The notes beneath the pieces were generated by a model. It was not told where the DNA came from, made no database searches, and saw only the letters and a program-made list of their open reading frames with translations. Below, in pieces: positions 19,135 to 29,170 of a stretch of DNA of 64,000 bases. Position numbers and translations under genes: made by a program. Each line of letters starts with the position of its first letter. Within the stretch, counting starts at the first letter, position 1. Origin of the DNA: Clostridia bacterium (lineage in GTDB: Bacteria; Bacillota; Clostridia; Oscillospirales; CAG-272); contig JAFTPD010000002.1 of the NCBI GenBank assembly GCA_017463485.1, positions 321,870-385,869 on the forward strand, read 5' to 3'.

Positions 19135-20142
19135 TTATTTAAGCCCTTCGGCGCGCATTGCAGTCATGAGCGCAACGCCCGCCGCATTGTCCGCAGAGTA
19201 CTGCGGCTCGGCAAAATAGGTTTTATAATTCTTACCCTCCGACAGCATGGGGCGCATGAGCGTGTTGCTCATCACACCGCCCGCGTAAAGAACGTCGTAT
19301 GGGTGTTCCTCGCTGTACTCGGCTTGCAGATACTCCGTCATTTTGAGCACCGTTTTGCCGATTACCGAGAAAACGAAAGCACTGACCTGCGATTTGTTTT
19401 GGCTTGATGCGTAAAGCTGAAGCGCTTTGTTTTCAAGTCCCGACAGATTGCATTTTCCGTCATTGACGGTAATTTTCATGCTTGGAATATCCCCCATCCA
19501 TTCACGTGCGAGCTGTTCCATTTCTCTGCCGCAGGGGAAAGCAAGTCCCATAGCGACACCCGCGCGGTCAATAGCCTGTCCCGCATTGATATCAGCCGTA
19601 GCGCAAAGCAGCCTTGACGTAAAAAATCCGTCGCGTGCGCCGTCTGCCGCAACCTCATGCGGAGCAACAAGCACCGCCTCCGTAGTTCCCCCTGACAAAT
19701 GGAAGGCAAAAAATGACTTTCTCAAAAGTCCGTCCGCCAAAGCTCCAGACGAATATAGCGCCGCCATAATGTGTCCGTTCTGATGCGAAAATTCATACAG
19801 CGGTACGCCGAGAGCGGATGCATACGCCTCTGCCGCTACCTTTCCCGACAAAAACACGGGCATGTACGAGTCCTCGACGTCGCGCGGACGTGATGAATAC
19901 CCCACGCCGCACACGCTGTATCCCTCGATATGCTCGGCGAGCTGACGGATAACGACGGGCAGATTTTTTGTGTGCGCAAATACAGCGTCACTCTGGCGCA
20001 ATCCGCGCTCACCCTCCCCAACGGGCAGAGGTGCTTTGCAGTTGGCTATAACGGAAAGCTCCCCGTCCTCGCCCACTGCGACAGCCGCCGCAGAGGTGGT
20101 GTAGTTGCTGGTATCGAAGCCAACGTAACAGCGGCGTATCAT
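19135..20142 (-). CDS. ASKHA-fold TsaD/Kae1 paralogue (M22 glycoprotease-like), function unknown
   Basis: Three motifs parallel the genuine TsaD: FDTSNYTTS (ESSCDETS), HQNGHIMAA (HIHGHIAAA) and YAGGVMSN (LAGGVAANS). Confidence 0.7.
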   Translation of the reverse strand: MIRRCYVGFDTSNYTTSAAAVAVGEDGELSVIANCKAPLPVGEGERGLRQSDAVFAHTKNLPVVIRQLAEHIEGYSVCGVGYSSRPRDVEDSYMPVFLSGKVAAEAYASALGVPLYEFSHQNGHIMAALYSSGALADGLLRKSFFAFHLSGGTTEAVLVAPHEVAADGARDGFFTSRLLCATADINAGQAIDRAGVAMGLAFPCGREMEQLAREWMGDIPSMKITVNDGKCNLSGLENKALQLYASSQNKSQVSAFVFSVIGKTVLKMTEYLQAEYSEEHPYDVLYAGGVMSNTLMRPMLSEGKNYKTYFAEPQYSADNAAGVALMTAMRAEGLK

Positions 20143-20600
20143 TTTTCGTCCTCGTCAGGCGCGGGGGCGTCAACTCCCTTGCCCGAAAGCTCGTCCTTTA
20201 CGGCGTTAAGCACACCGTTTACAAAGCCGCGAGCCTTATCCTCGCCAAATTTTTTGACAAGCTCTATCGCCTCGTTGATGGATATGGTGTTGGGAATACT
20301 GCTGACGTATCCCATTTCGTACACGCCAAGTCGGATGACGGCGCGGGATACGCGGGAAAGACGTCCCGTTCTCCAGCCCTTTGCGTGGCGCTCGATTATG
20401 GCGTCAACAGCCTCCAGCTTTTCACAAACACCGAAAAATACACTCTTTATGTATTCATCCTCCGCATCGATATCTCTGTCTGCTACCGCACGGTCAAATA
20501 TCTCCTCTGCGGTCGATTCGGGATGAAATTCCATTTCGTAAAGCAGTCCGAATACAGCCTCTCTCGCTTTGCGGCGGCTGACCTTATTTTCTGTTGCCAT
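20139..20600 (-). CDS. nusB: Transcription antitermination factor NusB
   Basis: The sequence SRRKAREAVFGLLYEMEF and a C-terminal GFVNGVLN motif are present. The ATG at 20600 follows a GGAGAG. Confidence 0.9.
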   Translation of the reverse strand: MATENKVSRRKAREAVFGLLYEMEFHPESTAEEIFDRAVADRDIDAEDEYIKSVFFGVCEKLEAVDAIIERHAKGWRTGRLSRVSRAVIRLGVYEMGYVSSIPNTISINEAIELVKKFGEDKARGFVNGVLNAVKDELSGKGVDAPAPDEDEK

Positions 20601-20897
20601 TTTACTCTCCTTGCCGCCCGTCCTTATCACTTTCGGCGGGCATAATCATACATGATATATTATATACCAATATAATTAAAAAGTCAACAGCCAAAATGTA
20701 TAAATGAGTGAATATTATGCATAAAACTTCGTTAATCTTTCCATATATGCATTTTCGGCACTTTAACATGCGTATTAAAAAAGCCCGAAAAACTCTCGGA
20801 AACGGCGAAAAGCGGCGAAAAGAACACCAACAGCCCCTCCAATTCCGAAATCCCCCCTTAAACTGCCCTAAACCAACAAAGTTTTCGCAAAACTGTC

Positions 20898-20926
20898 CTT
20901 GACATAATTAAAAAAATTATATATAA
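20898..20926 (+). promoter_or_regulatory. Consensus sigma-A-type promoter for the tandem CNNM genes
   Basis: The sequence is TTGACA, 17 nt, TATAAT, an exact consensus. Confidence 0.7.
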
Positions 20927-21011
20927 TATGTAGTAACCGTGTGCATTTTGGCACAATTCAGACGCGGCGACAACGCCGTAATTTATCTGAGAAAAGGAGT
21001 TGGGAGTCCAA

Positions 21012-22424
21012 ATGGACGGGGATAGTACGTTACTTTTGATTTTTATAGTCTGCGTTGCCCTCAGTGCGTTCTTCTCTTCATCTGAAAGCAGCTTTGCTAC
21101 AATGAACAAGATACGCATCAAGCAAAAGGCTGACGACGGCAATAAAAAAGCAAAAAACGCGCTTTTTATTTCGAACAATTACGACAAGGCAATTACCACC
21201 TTGCTCATTGGTAACAATATTGTCAATATTGCCGCTTCGTCGGTTGCGACAATTTTTGCTCTGAATCTTTTCGAGAACTACGCGGGGCTTACCAATGAAA
21301 CCGCTAATCTGCTTACAACACTTGTTACTACGGTAATCATTTTCCTCTGCGGCGAAATGATACCCAAGAGCTATGCCCTTGACAAGAGTGAAACGGTTGC
21401 GCTTCGCAGCGCAGCACCCATGCGCTTCCTTATGAAGCTTTTGCGCCCGTTTACCTTTATTTTCAACGGTATTACAACTCTGGTGTCAAAGCTCTTTAAG
21501 GCTGAAAACCTTCCCACTATCACGGAGGACGAGCTGAAGGACATCATCACCACTGCCGAGGAAGAAGGCGTTGTGGACGAGGAGCAAAGCGATCTATTGA
21601 TGTCTGCAATTCAGTTTTCGGGCACTACTGCCGCTAACGTAATGACTGCGAGAGATCAGATAATTGCGATCAGCGCGGATATTTCCCGCGAGGATCTGCT
21701 CGCTCTTATCCAGACCGCCAATCACTCCCGCCTACCCGTTTACGAGGGCGATATCGACCACATTATCGGCTATTTGCAGACACGCACGTATCTGCGCGCT
21801 TACCTCAAGGATGAGGACGTGAACATCCGCGATATTCTCATTCCTCCCTTCTTTGTAAGCCCCGACGCGAAAATCGACGATCTGCTGACGGTAATGCGCC
21901 AGCATAAGTTCTACATGGCTGTGGTCAGCGAGACCTGCGGCGGCGAGGATATCGACGGCACGGGTACTGTTGAATCGGATGTCGCTCCCTGCGAGAGCAC
22001 CCTCGGTATCGTTACCATCGAGGACTTCCTTGAGGAGCTTGTGGGCGATATATGGGATGAGTCCGACGAGATCGACCACACGTTTACCAAGCTTGGCGGT
22101 AACAAGTACAAAATAGATACTCACCTTACCGTGGCAGAGGCATTCGCACGTATGAATTGCCCCGAGCCCGAGGCGAGAATAGCAAAGATCCCGCTTCTTG
22201 CGTGGATCGTGCAGGAATTCAAGCACATTCCCGAGCTTGACGAATCCTTTGAATACGGCAACATGGAGATCACCGTTGACGAGATCGACGGTCACCGTGT
22301 AAGCTATATTACCGTTAAAATAGACGTTTCCTCCTCTGCCACGGAGGGCGAGGCGGATGAGGAAAATACTTCCGATACTCCCGCCGCCAGCGACGAGAAG
22401 GCTGATAAGGAGGTGTCCGTATGA
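21012..22424 (+). CDS. CNNM/DUF21-CBS-CorC_HlyC family membrane protein (hemolysin-family / Mg-Co efflux-like), copy 1
   Basis: The N-terminal DUF21 TM region includes a GEMIPKS motif. A CBS pair and a CorC C-terminal domain follow, then an acidic tail. Confidence 0.8.
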   Translation: MDGDSTLLLIFIVCVALSAFFSSSESSFATMNKIRIKQKADDGNKKAKNALFISNNYDKAITTLLIGNNIVNIAASSVATIFALNLFENYAGLTNETANLLTTLVTTVIIFLCGEMIPKSYALDKSETVALRSAAPMRFLMKLLRPFTFIFNGITTLVSKLFKAENLPTITEDELKDIITTAEEEGVVDEEQSDLLMSAIQFSGTTAANVMTARDQIIAISADISREDLLALIQTANHSRLPVYEGDIDHIIGYLQTRTYLRAYLKDEDVNIRDILIPPFFVSPDAKIDDLLTVMRQHKFYMAVVSETCGGEDIDGTGTVESDVAPCESTLGIVTIEDFLEELVGDIWDESDEIDHTFTKLGGNKYKIDTHLTVAEAFARMNCPEPEARIAKIPLLAWIVQEFKHIPELDESFEYGNMEITVDEIDGHRVSYITVKIDVSSSATEGEADEENTSDTPAASDEKADKEVSV

Positions 22425-23734
22425 TAGTTCCTTATCTTATAATCATTGCCGTTATGATAGTGCTTTCCGCTTTCTTCTCGGCAAGCGAGATGTCCTTCAA
22501 CTTTGCGAACAAGTCAAGGCTGAAAAAGGCGGCTGAGGACGGTAAGAAGACCGCCCGTGTGGCGTATTACATCACCGAGCACTTTACGTCCGCGCTGTCT
22601 GCTATACTTATCGGCAACAACCTTGTAAACATAGCGGCATCCTCATTTGGTACGCTGCTGTTTCTGGAGCTGTTTGATCAGAACGCCGCGCTTGCGTCCG
22701 TTGTTGCCACCGCTTCCATCACGCTTATCGTACTGATATTTGGTGAGATCGCCCCCAAGGTGATAGCACGTCAGCACGCTGATAAGCTTGTGCGCTTCTT
22801 TGCGTTTCCTATCCGAGTACTCACAATTATATTCACGTATATCATTCCCCTCGGCTCGCTGGCTACGGGAATGGTAAAGCTGGGGCGAAAGATTTGGGGT
22901 ACGGACAACGACGAGGACACTCCCACCGTTACCGAGGATGAGCTTTCATCCATTATCGACACGGTCGAGGAGGAAGGCGTTATCGACGAGGAAAAGAGTG
23001 AGCTGCTTCAGTCCACTCTTGATTTCCCCGACACAAACGTCGAGGAAATCATGACCCCCAGAATCGATATCGTAAATATCGACATTGACGACGACCCCGC
23101 CGCTATCAGGCAGATCATAACCGAGTCGCGCTACTCGCGCATCCCCGTGTATGAGGACAATATCGACAACATTATCGGTGTTCTCTACCTCAATCACTAC
23201 TACAAGGCTCTTGCAAAATTCAAGGCGGATGGACTTGATCCCGAGACCTTGGATATCCGCTCGCTTATCGTCGAGCCGCCCTTCATTTACAAATCCATGA
23301 AGCTTCCTGCCGCTCTTGCCACCATGAAGGAGAGCAAGATGCACCTTGTCGTCGTAACCGACGAGTTCGGCGGAACATTGGGTATCGTTACTATGGAGGA
23401 CATTCTTGAGGAGCTTGTGGGTGATATCTGGGACGAGTCGGATGAGATCGTCGAGATGATCAACAAGATCGGCGACAATATCTACGAGGTAAAGGGCGAT
23501 ATGAATATCGACGACCTGTTTGCCGAGATAGAATTTGACGCCGAGGTTCACGATTTTGAATGTGAATACTCCACCGTTGGCGGTTGGGCGGTTGAAATGC
23601 TCAACGACGCACCTAAGGTGGGTGATAGCTTCAACTACGAGAACCTCTGCATTATCGTCAACGATATGGACGATATGCGTGTTACCAGCCTTACGGTGCT
23701 TGTAACTCCCGTTGAGGAAGAAACGGAAGAATAA
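22421..23734 (+). CDS. CNNM/DUF21-CBS-CorC_HlyC family membrane protein, copy 2
   Basis: The architecture matches copy 1 (GEIAPKV, CBS pair, IVTMEDILEELVGDIWDE). The start overlaps the copy 1 stop (ATGA). Confidence 0.8.
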   Translation: MIVPYLIIIAVMIVLSAFFSASEMSFNFANKSRLKKAAEDGKKTARVAYYITEHFTSALSAILIGNNLVNIAASSFGTLLFLELFDQNAALASVVATASITLIVLIFGEIAPKVIARQHADKLVRFFAFPIRVLTIIFTYIIPLGSLATGMVKLGRKIWGTDNDEDTPTVTEDELSSIIDTVEEEGVIDEEKSELLQSTLDFPDTNVEEIMTPRIDIVNIDIDDDPAAIRQIITESRYSRIPVYEDNIDNIIGVLYLNHYYKALAKFKADGLDPETLDIRSLIVEPPFIYKSMKLPAALATMKESKMHLVVVTDEFGGTLGIVTMEDILEELVGDIWDESDEIVEMINKIGDNIYEVKGDMNIDDLFAEIEFDAEVHDFECEYSTVGGWAVEMLNDAPKVGDSFNYENLCIIVNDMDDMRVTSLTVLVTPVEEETEE

Positions 23735-23744
23735 TTCCAATATT

Positions 23745-23778
23745 AAAAGCCTCTTTCCGAGTTGGAAAGAGGCTTTTT
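23745..23778. terminator. Bidirectional rho-independent terminator (CNNM copy 2 / guaB)
   Basis: The hairpin is AAAAGCCTCTTTCC-gagtt-GGAAAGAGGCTTTT. Confidence 0.8.
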
Positions 23779-23789
23779 GTATATTCTTT

Positions 23790-25298
<1,509 letters not shown>

Positions 25299-25310
25299 TT
25301 ATTAGAATAT

Positions 25311-25339
25311 ATTATATCAAAAAGTCACCTCTCTGTCAA
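25311..25339 (-). promoter_or_regulatory. Consensus sigma-A-type promoter for guaB
   Basis: The minus strand reads TTGACA, 17 nt, TATAAT. Confidence 0.65.
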
Positions 25340-25476
25340 GGCTGTAACTTTGACGAAATTTATCGACAAATTTGTATTTTTTTAACAAATTATATAATTT
25401 TTCAGAATATCGGTAAATCTCGCTGTCACGGCGGCATAAGTTATAGATGTATAAAAACCAAGCATCGGAGGTCAAC

Positions 25477-26232
25477 GTGGAGAAAAAATCAAAGAAAGCC
25501 AATTATTCCTCGCCACTTATTTTTTGTGCATTTACGTTATTTTTATGCGCGTTTTGTATTCTGCTCACGCTGGCAAACAGACAAAATGACGCTCAAAAGA
25601 CAGATAGCGAGGTTACGGATAACACCGAATCGGCGAGTGGCACTTTTACCGCCGTCGTTATTGACGCGGGACACGGCGGTGAGGACGGCGGCGCTGTAAG
25701 TGCGGACGGTGCACAGGAAAAGGATATAAATCTAGCCATAGCTCTCATGCTACGCGATTATTACACTGCAGCGGGAATACCCACGGTGCTTACCCGCGAC
25801 GGTGACGTTTTGCTGTACGATAAAAACGCAGACCACGTGGGGAGAAAGAAAATGATGGATCTTGCAAGCCGCCTCGCAACCGCCGAGGGGACGGAAAGCT
25901 CTCTTTTTATCAGCATACATCAAAACGCATTTTCGGACAAGAAATACAACGGGCTTCAGGTGTGGTATTCCCCACATTCAGCCCAGTCGTTTGATATCGC
26001 CAAGGACATACAGTCGGCTTCAACGCTGATACAGCCTTCAAACTACCGAAAGGTCAAGGCGGCGGACGAAAATCTTTTCATTCTCCACCGTCTGCACTCG
26101 CCCGCCGTGCTGGTGGAATGTGGCTTTATGTCAAATACCGAAGAGGCATCAAGGCTTGCCTCTGAGGAATATCAAAGAAAGCTGGCATTCACTATTTTTA
26201 TATCTACGGTAAAGTATTTTAAAATTCCTTGA
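25477..26232 (+). CDS. cwlD: N-acetylmuramoyl-L-alanine amidase (Amidase_3), CwlD-like, membrane-anchored
   Basis: The motifs VIDAGHGGEDGGAV, SIHQNAF and LVECGFMSN are present, with one N-terminal TM helix. A GTG at 25477 lies 5-6 nt after a GGAGG. The ORF-track ATG at 25447 is an alternative start. Confidence 0.7.
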   Translation: MEKKSKKANYSSPLIFCAFTLFLCAFCILLTLANRQNDAQKTDSEVTDNTESASGTFTAVVIDAGHGGEDGGAVSADGAQEKDINLAIALMLRDYYTAAGIPTVLTRDGDVLLYDKNADHVGRKKMMDLASRLATAEGTESSLFISIHQNAFSDKKYNGLQVWYSPHSAQSFDIAKDIQSASTLIQPSNYRKVKAADENLFILHRLHSPAVLVECGFMSNTEEASRLASEEYQRKLAFTIFISTVKYFKIP

Positions 26233-26352
26233 CCGAATAGCACTTTTTTGCTCGAATGTTTGTGTATGTTCATAAAGGGTTAAAGGTAGGTTAACAAAAT
26301 AAAGGTATAATAAAAGCGATTATGGGTAAATGCCCGTTTTTTCGGAGGATAA

Positions 26353-27867
26353 ATGAAACAGTTAGTTAGTGCGCTGAAGGAGTCCTTGATATCCGTTCTG
26401 CCGATATTCGCAATAGTGCTGCTGCTCAGTATCACCGTTGCTCCATTGCAGTCAGGCGTTCTTGTGCTCTTTCTGTTTGGAACTTTACTTTTGCTTGTGG
26501 GCATGAGCTTTTTTACCATTGGCTCGGGTATGTCCATGCAGCCGCTTGGCGAGGGTATCGGTGTTTCCCTATCCAAATCCAAAAAGCTTATAATTCCCCT
26601 TTTGATCTGCTTTGTTTTAGGTGTGCTTATCACTATTGCAGAGCCTGATCTTCAGGTGCTTGCAGAGCAGGTCCCGTCCATACCCAATATCGTGCTCATT
26701 CTGTGCGTTGCGGTAGGTGTGGGAGTATTTCTCGTGATATCCATGATCCGCTCGCGCAAAAGGATTCAGCTGTCCCGACTGCTGCTTATCTTTTACGGAC
26801 TTGCGATCATTCTTACGTTTTTCGTGCCTGAAGAATTTATCCCCACCGCATTTGACTCGGGAGGAGTTACAACGGGTCCCGTAACTGTTCCCTTTATCAT
26901 GGCTTTGGGTGCAGGTATGGCGTCCATCAGCAGTGATAAACATTCGCAGGAAAACAGCTTCGGTCTTGTTTCCCTTTGCAGTATCGGTCCTATCCTCTCC
27001 GTTCTTATCCTGAGCATTTGCTACAAGCCAGAGGCAGAATCCGTTACCTCCGAGCTTGGAATTTTTGAAACCACGAGTGCCGCTTTTTCTGCGTTTATTG
27101 AAGGCTTCCCCAAATATGCGGGCGAGGTACTTATGGCGTTCCTCCCTATCGTGGGTATGCTTGTCGTTTTCCAGCTTGTAACCAAGCGTTTTCATAAGAT
27201 GCAGATGATAAAGGTTTGTGTCGGCTTGGTTTATACATACGTCGGACTCGTGCTTTTCCTGACCGGCGCTAACGTCGGCTTTATGCCTGCGGGACGCGAG
27301 ATCGGAAAGGTGGTTGCTTCCGGAGATTTCAGATACATACTTATACCGATCGGTATGATCGTAGGATTCTTCGTCGTTTCCGCCGAGCCTGCCGTTCATT
27401 CGCTCAAAAAGCAGGTCGAGGAGATCACACACGGTGCTATCTCGCAGAAGTCTATCGGACTTGCTCTTTCTGTTGGCGTTGCGGTTTCGGTAGGAATTGC
27501 TATGCTTCGCGTGCTTACGGGTATTCCCATATTCCCCTTCCTTGTTGCGGGATATGCCGTTTCTCTCGTCATTACCTTCTTTGTGCCGCCCCTTTACACG
27601 GGTATCGCATTTGACTCGGGTGGAGTTGCAAGCGGTCCTATGGCAACCACCTTTATTCTTCCCTTTGCTATCGGTGCTTGCGAGGCTGTCGGCGGCAACG
27701 TTATGACGGATGCCTTCGGCGTAGTGGCAATGGTAGCTATGACGCCCCTTATTACTATTCAGGTCATGGGTCTTTACAGCCGCGTCAAGTCGCGCAGAAT
27801 GCGTCAGAAGGCGCACAGCGAGCTTTTGCAGCTTGAAAACGACATGATCTATTACGACGAAATGTGA
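26353..27867 (+). CDS. DUF1538-family polytopic membrane protein, internally duplicated
   Basis: Two copies of the family motif are present: FDSGGVTTGPVTVPFIMALG (from 26851) and FDSGGVASGPMATTFILPFAIG (from 27610). Confidence 0.7.
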   Translation: MKQLVSALKESLISVLPIFAIVLLLSITVAPLQSGVLVLFLFGTLLLLVGMSFFTIGSGMSMQPLGEGIGVSLSKSKKLIIPLLICFVLGVLITIAEPDLQVLAEQVPSIPNIVLILCVAVGVGVFLVISMIRSRKRIQLSRLLLIFYGLAIILTFFVPEEFIPTAFDSGGVTTGPVTVPFIMALGAGMASISSDKHSQENSFGLVSLCSIGPILSVLILSICYKPEAESVTSELGIFETTSAAFSAFIEGFPKYAGEVLMAFLPIVGMLVVFQLVTKRFHKMQMIKVCVGLVYTYVGLVLFLTGANVGFMPAGREIGKVVASGDFRYILIPIGMIVGFFVVSAEPAVHSLKKQVEEITHGAISQKSIGLALSVGVAVSVGIAMLRVLTGIPIFPFLVAGYAVSLVITFFVPPLYTGIAFDSGGVASGPMATTFILPFAIGACEAVGGNVMTDAFGVVAMVAMTPLITIQVMGLYSRVKSRRMRQKAHSELLQLENDMIYYDEM

Positions 27868-27877
27868 GGTGACGGAT

Positions 27878-28579
27878 ATGAACAATACCGAACAAAAGCG
27901 TATCGTTGTGATGTTATCTATCCTCGCCAGAGGCAAGAGCAAGCAATACCTTGAAATGCTCAACTCCAAGAACATCAAATATCATCTTCAAAGCGTTGGC
28001 TTTGGAACTGCCCCCTCCGAAATGATGGACATTTTCGGTCTCGGCAGTAACGACAAGGACATTATTTTCAGCTTAGCACCCGTGGACGACGTTTCCGCCC
28101 TCGCCGCAGAGCTTACAAAAAACATTGACAGCTCTGCACGCTACGGAGGACTTGCGGTGATCCTTTCCCTGTCGTCCATCAACCGACTTACATCCGAGAT
28201 AATCTACCGCGCCAACCGAGATGCGGACAACGCCAAAAAAGGAGTAAAGACAGCTAAAATGAAAAACGAGCTTAAACACAATCTTATAGCAATTTCCGTC
28301 AACCAAGGCTACACCGACGAGGTGATGAAAATAGCCAAGCAGTTCGGTGCAACGGGTGGCACGGTCATCCGCGCGCGCCTTGCGGGCTCTCAAAATCTTG
28401 AGCAATTTGATGACAACGAGGACGACAGCATTTCCGTTGAGAAGGAGATCATCACCATTCTCGCGCCTGCGAATATTTGTAAGCAGATAATGGAGGAGGT
28501 CAATTCCAAGTACGGTCTGAACTCCGAGGCACGCGGAACTATCTGCTCCGTGCCTGTTGAAAAAGCGTTCAAGATCTAA
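27878..28579 (+). CDS. Tandem P-II-like (GlnB-fold) signalling protein
   Basis: The second half (LIAISVNQGYTDEVMKIAKQFGATGGTVIRARLAG...GTICSVPVEKAFKI) follows the P-II beta-alpha-beta pattern, and the first half is a degenerate copy. The ATG lies 6 nt after a GAGGTG and 10 nt after the DUF1538 stop. Confidence 0.6.
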   Translation: MNNTEQKRIVVMLSILARGKSKQYLEMLNSKNIKYHLQSVGFGTAPSEMMDIFGLGSNDKDIIFSLAPVDDVSALAAELTKNIDSSARYGGLAVILSLSSINRLTSEIIYRANRDADNAKKGVKTAKMKNELKHNLIAISVNQGYTDEVMKIAKQFGATGGTVIRARLAGSQNLEQFDDNEDDSISVEKEIITILAPANICKQIMEEVNSKYGLNSEARGTICSVPVEKAFKI

Positions 28580-28586
28580 ACAGAAT

Positions 28587-28634
28587 AAAAAATCGCAGTT
28601 CCTTCGGATCTCTCCGTCGGGCTGCGATTTTTAT
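28587..28634. terminator. Hairpin terminator between the P-II-like gene and tadA (convergent)
   Basis: AAAAAATCGCAG pairs with CTGCGATTTTT, with a structured loop. The hairpin overlaps the tadA stop codon. Confidence 0.6.
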
Positions 28635-29101
28635 TTTCTCTTTTTTTCAAAAAACGTGCGAAGAAGCTCCCGACACTCGTCGGCAAGCAATCCTCCCTCG
28701 ATCTCTGTCGACGTACGACTGCTTGGATTTCGGTGTATGCACCATACGCTTCCCATTCCGCCGGCGACTGCATCCTTTGCGCCGTAGACAACGCGGGATA
28801 TACGGGAATTGATCACGGCGCCCGCGCACATGGGACAAGGCTCGAGAGTGACGTACAGCGTGCATCCTTCAAGCCGCCAGCCGCCCGATGCCCTGCAAGC
28901 AGTGTCGATAGCGCCGATCTCAGCGTGTCCGAGCGCGTTTCCCACCACCTCACGGGTGTTGTATCCCTCAGCTATTATCTTACCGTCACGGGTAATCACG
29001 GCCCCAACAGGGACGTCGCCTCGCTCTCCTGCCAAAGCCGCAAGCTCCAGCGCACGCTTCATAAATTCAATGTCGCGCGCTTTTTGGGTTTGATCTTCCA
29101 T
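28631..29101 (-). CDS. tadA: tRNA adenosine(34) deaminase
   Basis: The zinc motifs are HAEIGAI and PCPMCAGA. Confidence 0.9.
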   Translation of the reverse strand: MEDQTQKARDIEFMKRALELAALAGERGDVPVGAVITRDGKIIAEGYNTREVVGNALGHAEIGAIDTACRASGGWRLEGCTLYVTLEPCPMCAGAVINSRISRVVYGAKDAVAGGMGSVWCIHRNPSSRTSTEIEGGLLADECRELLRTFFEKKRK

Positions 29102-29124
29102 TTTTTATTCCGCCTTTACATAAA

Positions 29125-29150
29125 TCGGGGAGAAGCGAACCTCTCCCCGA
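29125..29150 (-). terminator. Hairpin downstream of tsf
   Basis: A 9-bp stem (TCGGGGAGA / TCTCCCCGA) is followed by AT-rich sequence rather than a clean U-tract. Confidence 0.5.
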
Positions 29151-29170
29151 ATCTTTATTTTAGAAATAAA

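Noticed and set aside
20760-20897. Strand-asymmetric A+C-rich tract with a tandem 10-mer (CGGCGAAAAG twice, at 20803-20822) in the nusB / CNNM intergenic region.
   Set aside because: I could find no convincing secondary structure, ORF with an RBS, or further repeats. It is probably promoter-upstream spacer. A small RNA cannot be excluded without expression data.
20927-21011. Possible Mg-sensing (M-box) or other riboswitch ahead of the CNNM/CorC genes.
   Set aside because: The leader is about 80 nt with two 5-bp hairpins. That is far too short and simple for an M-box.
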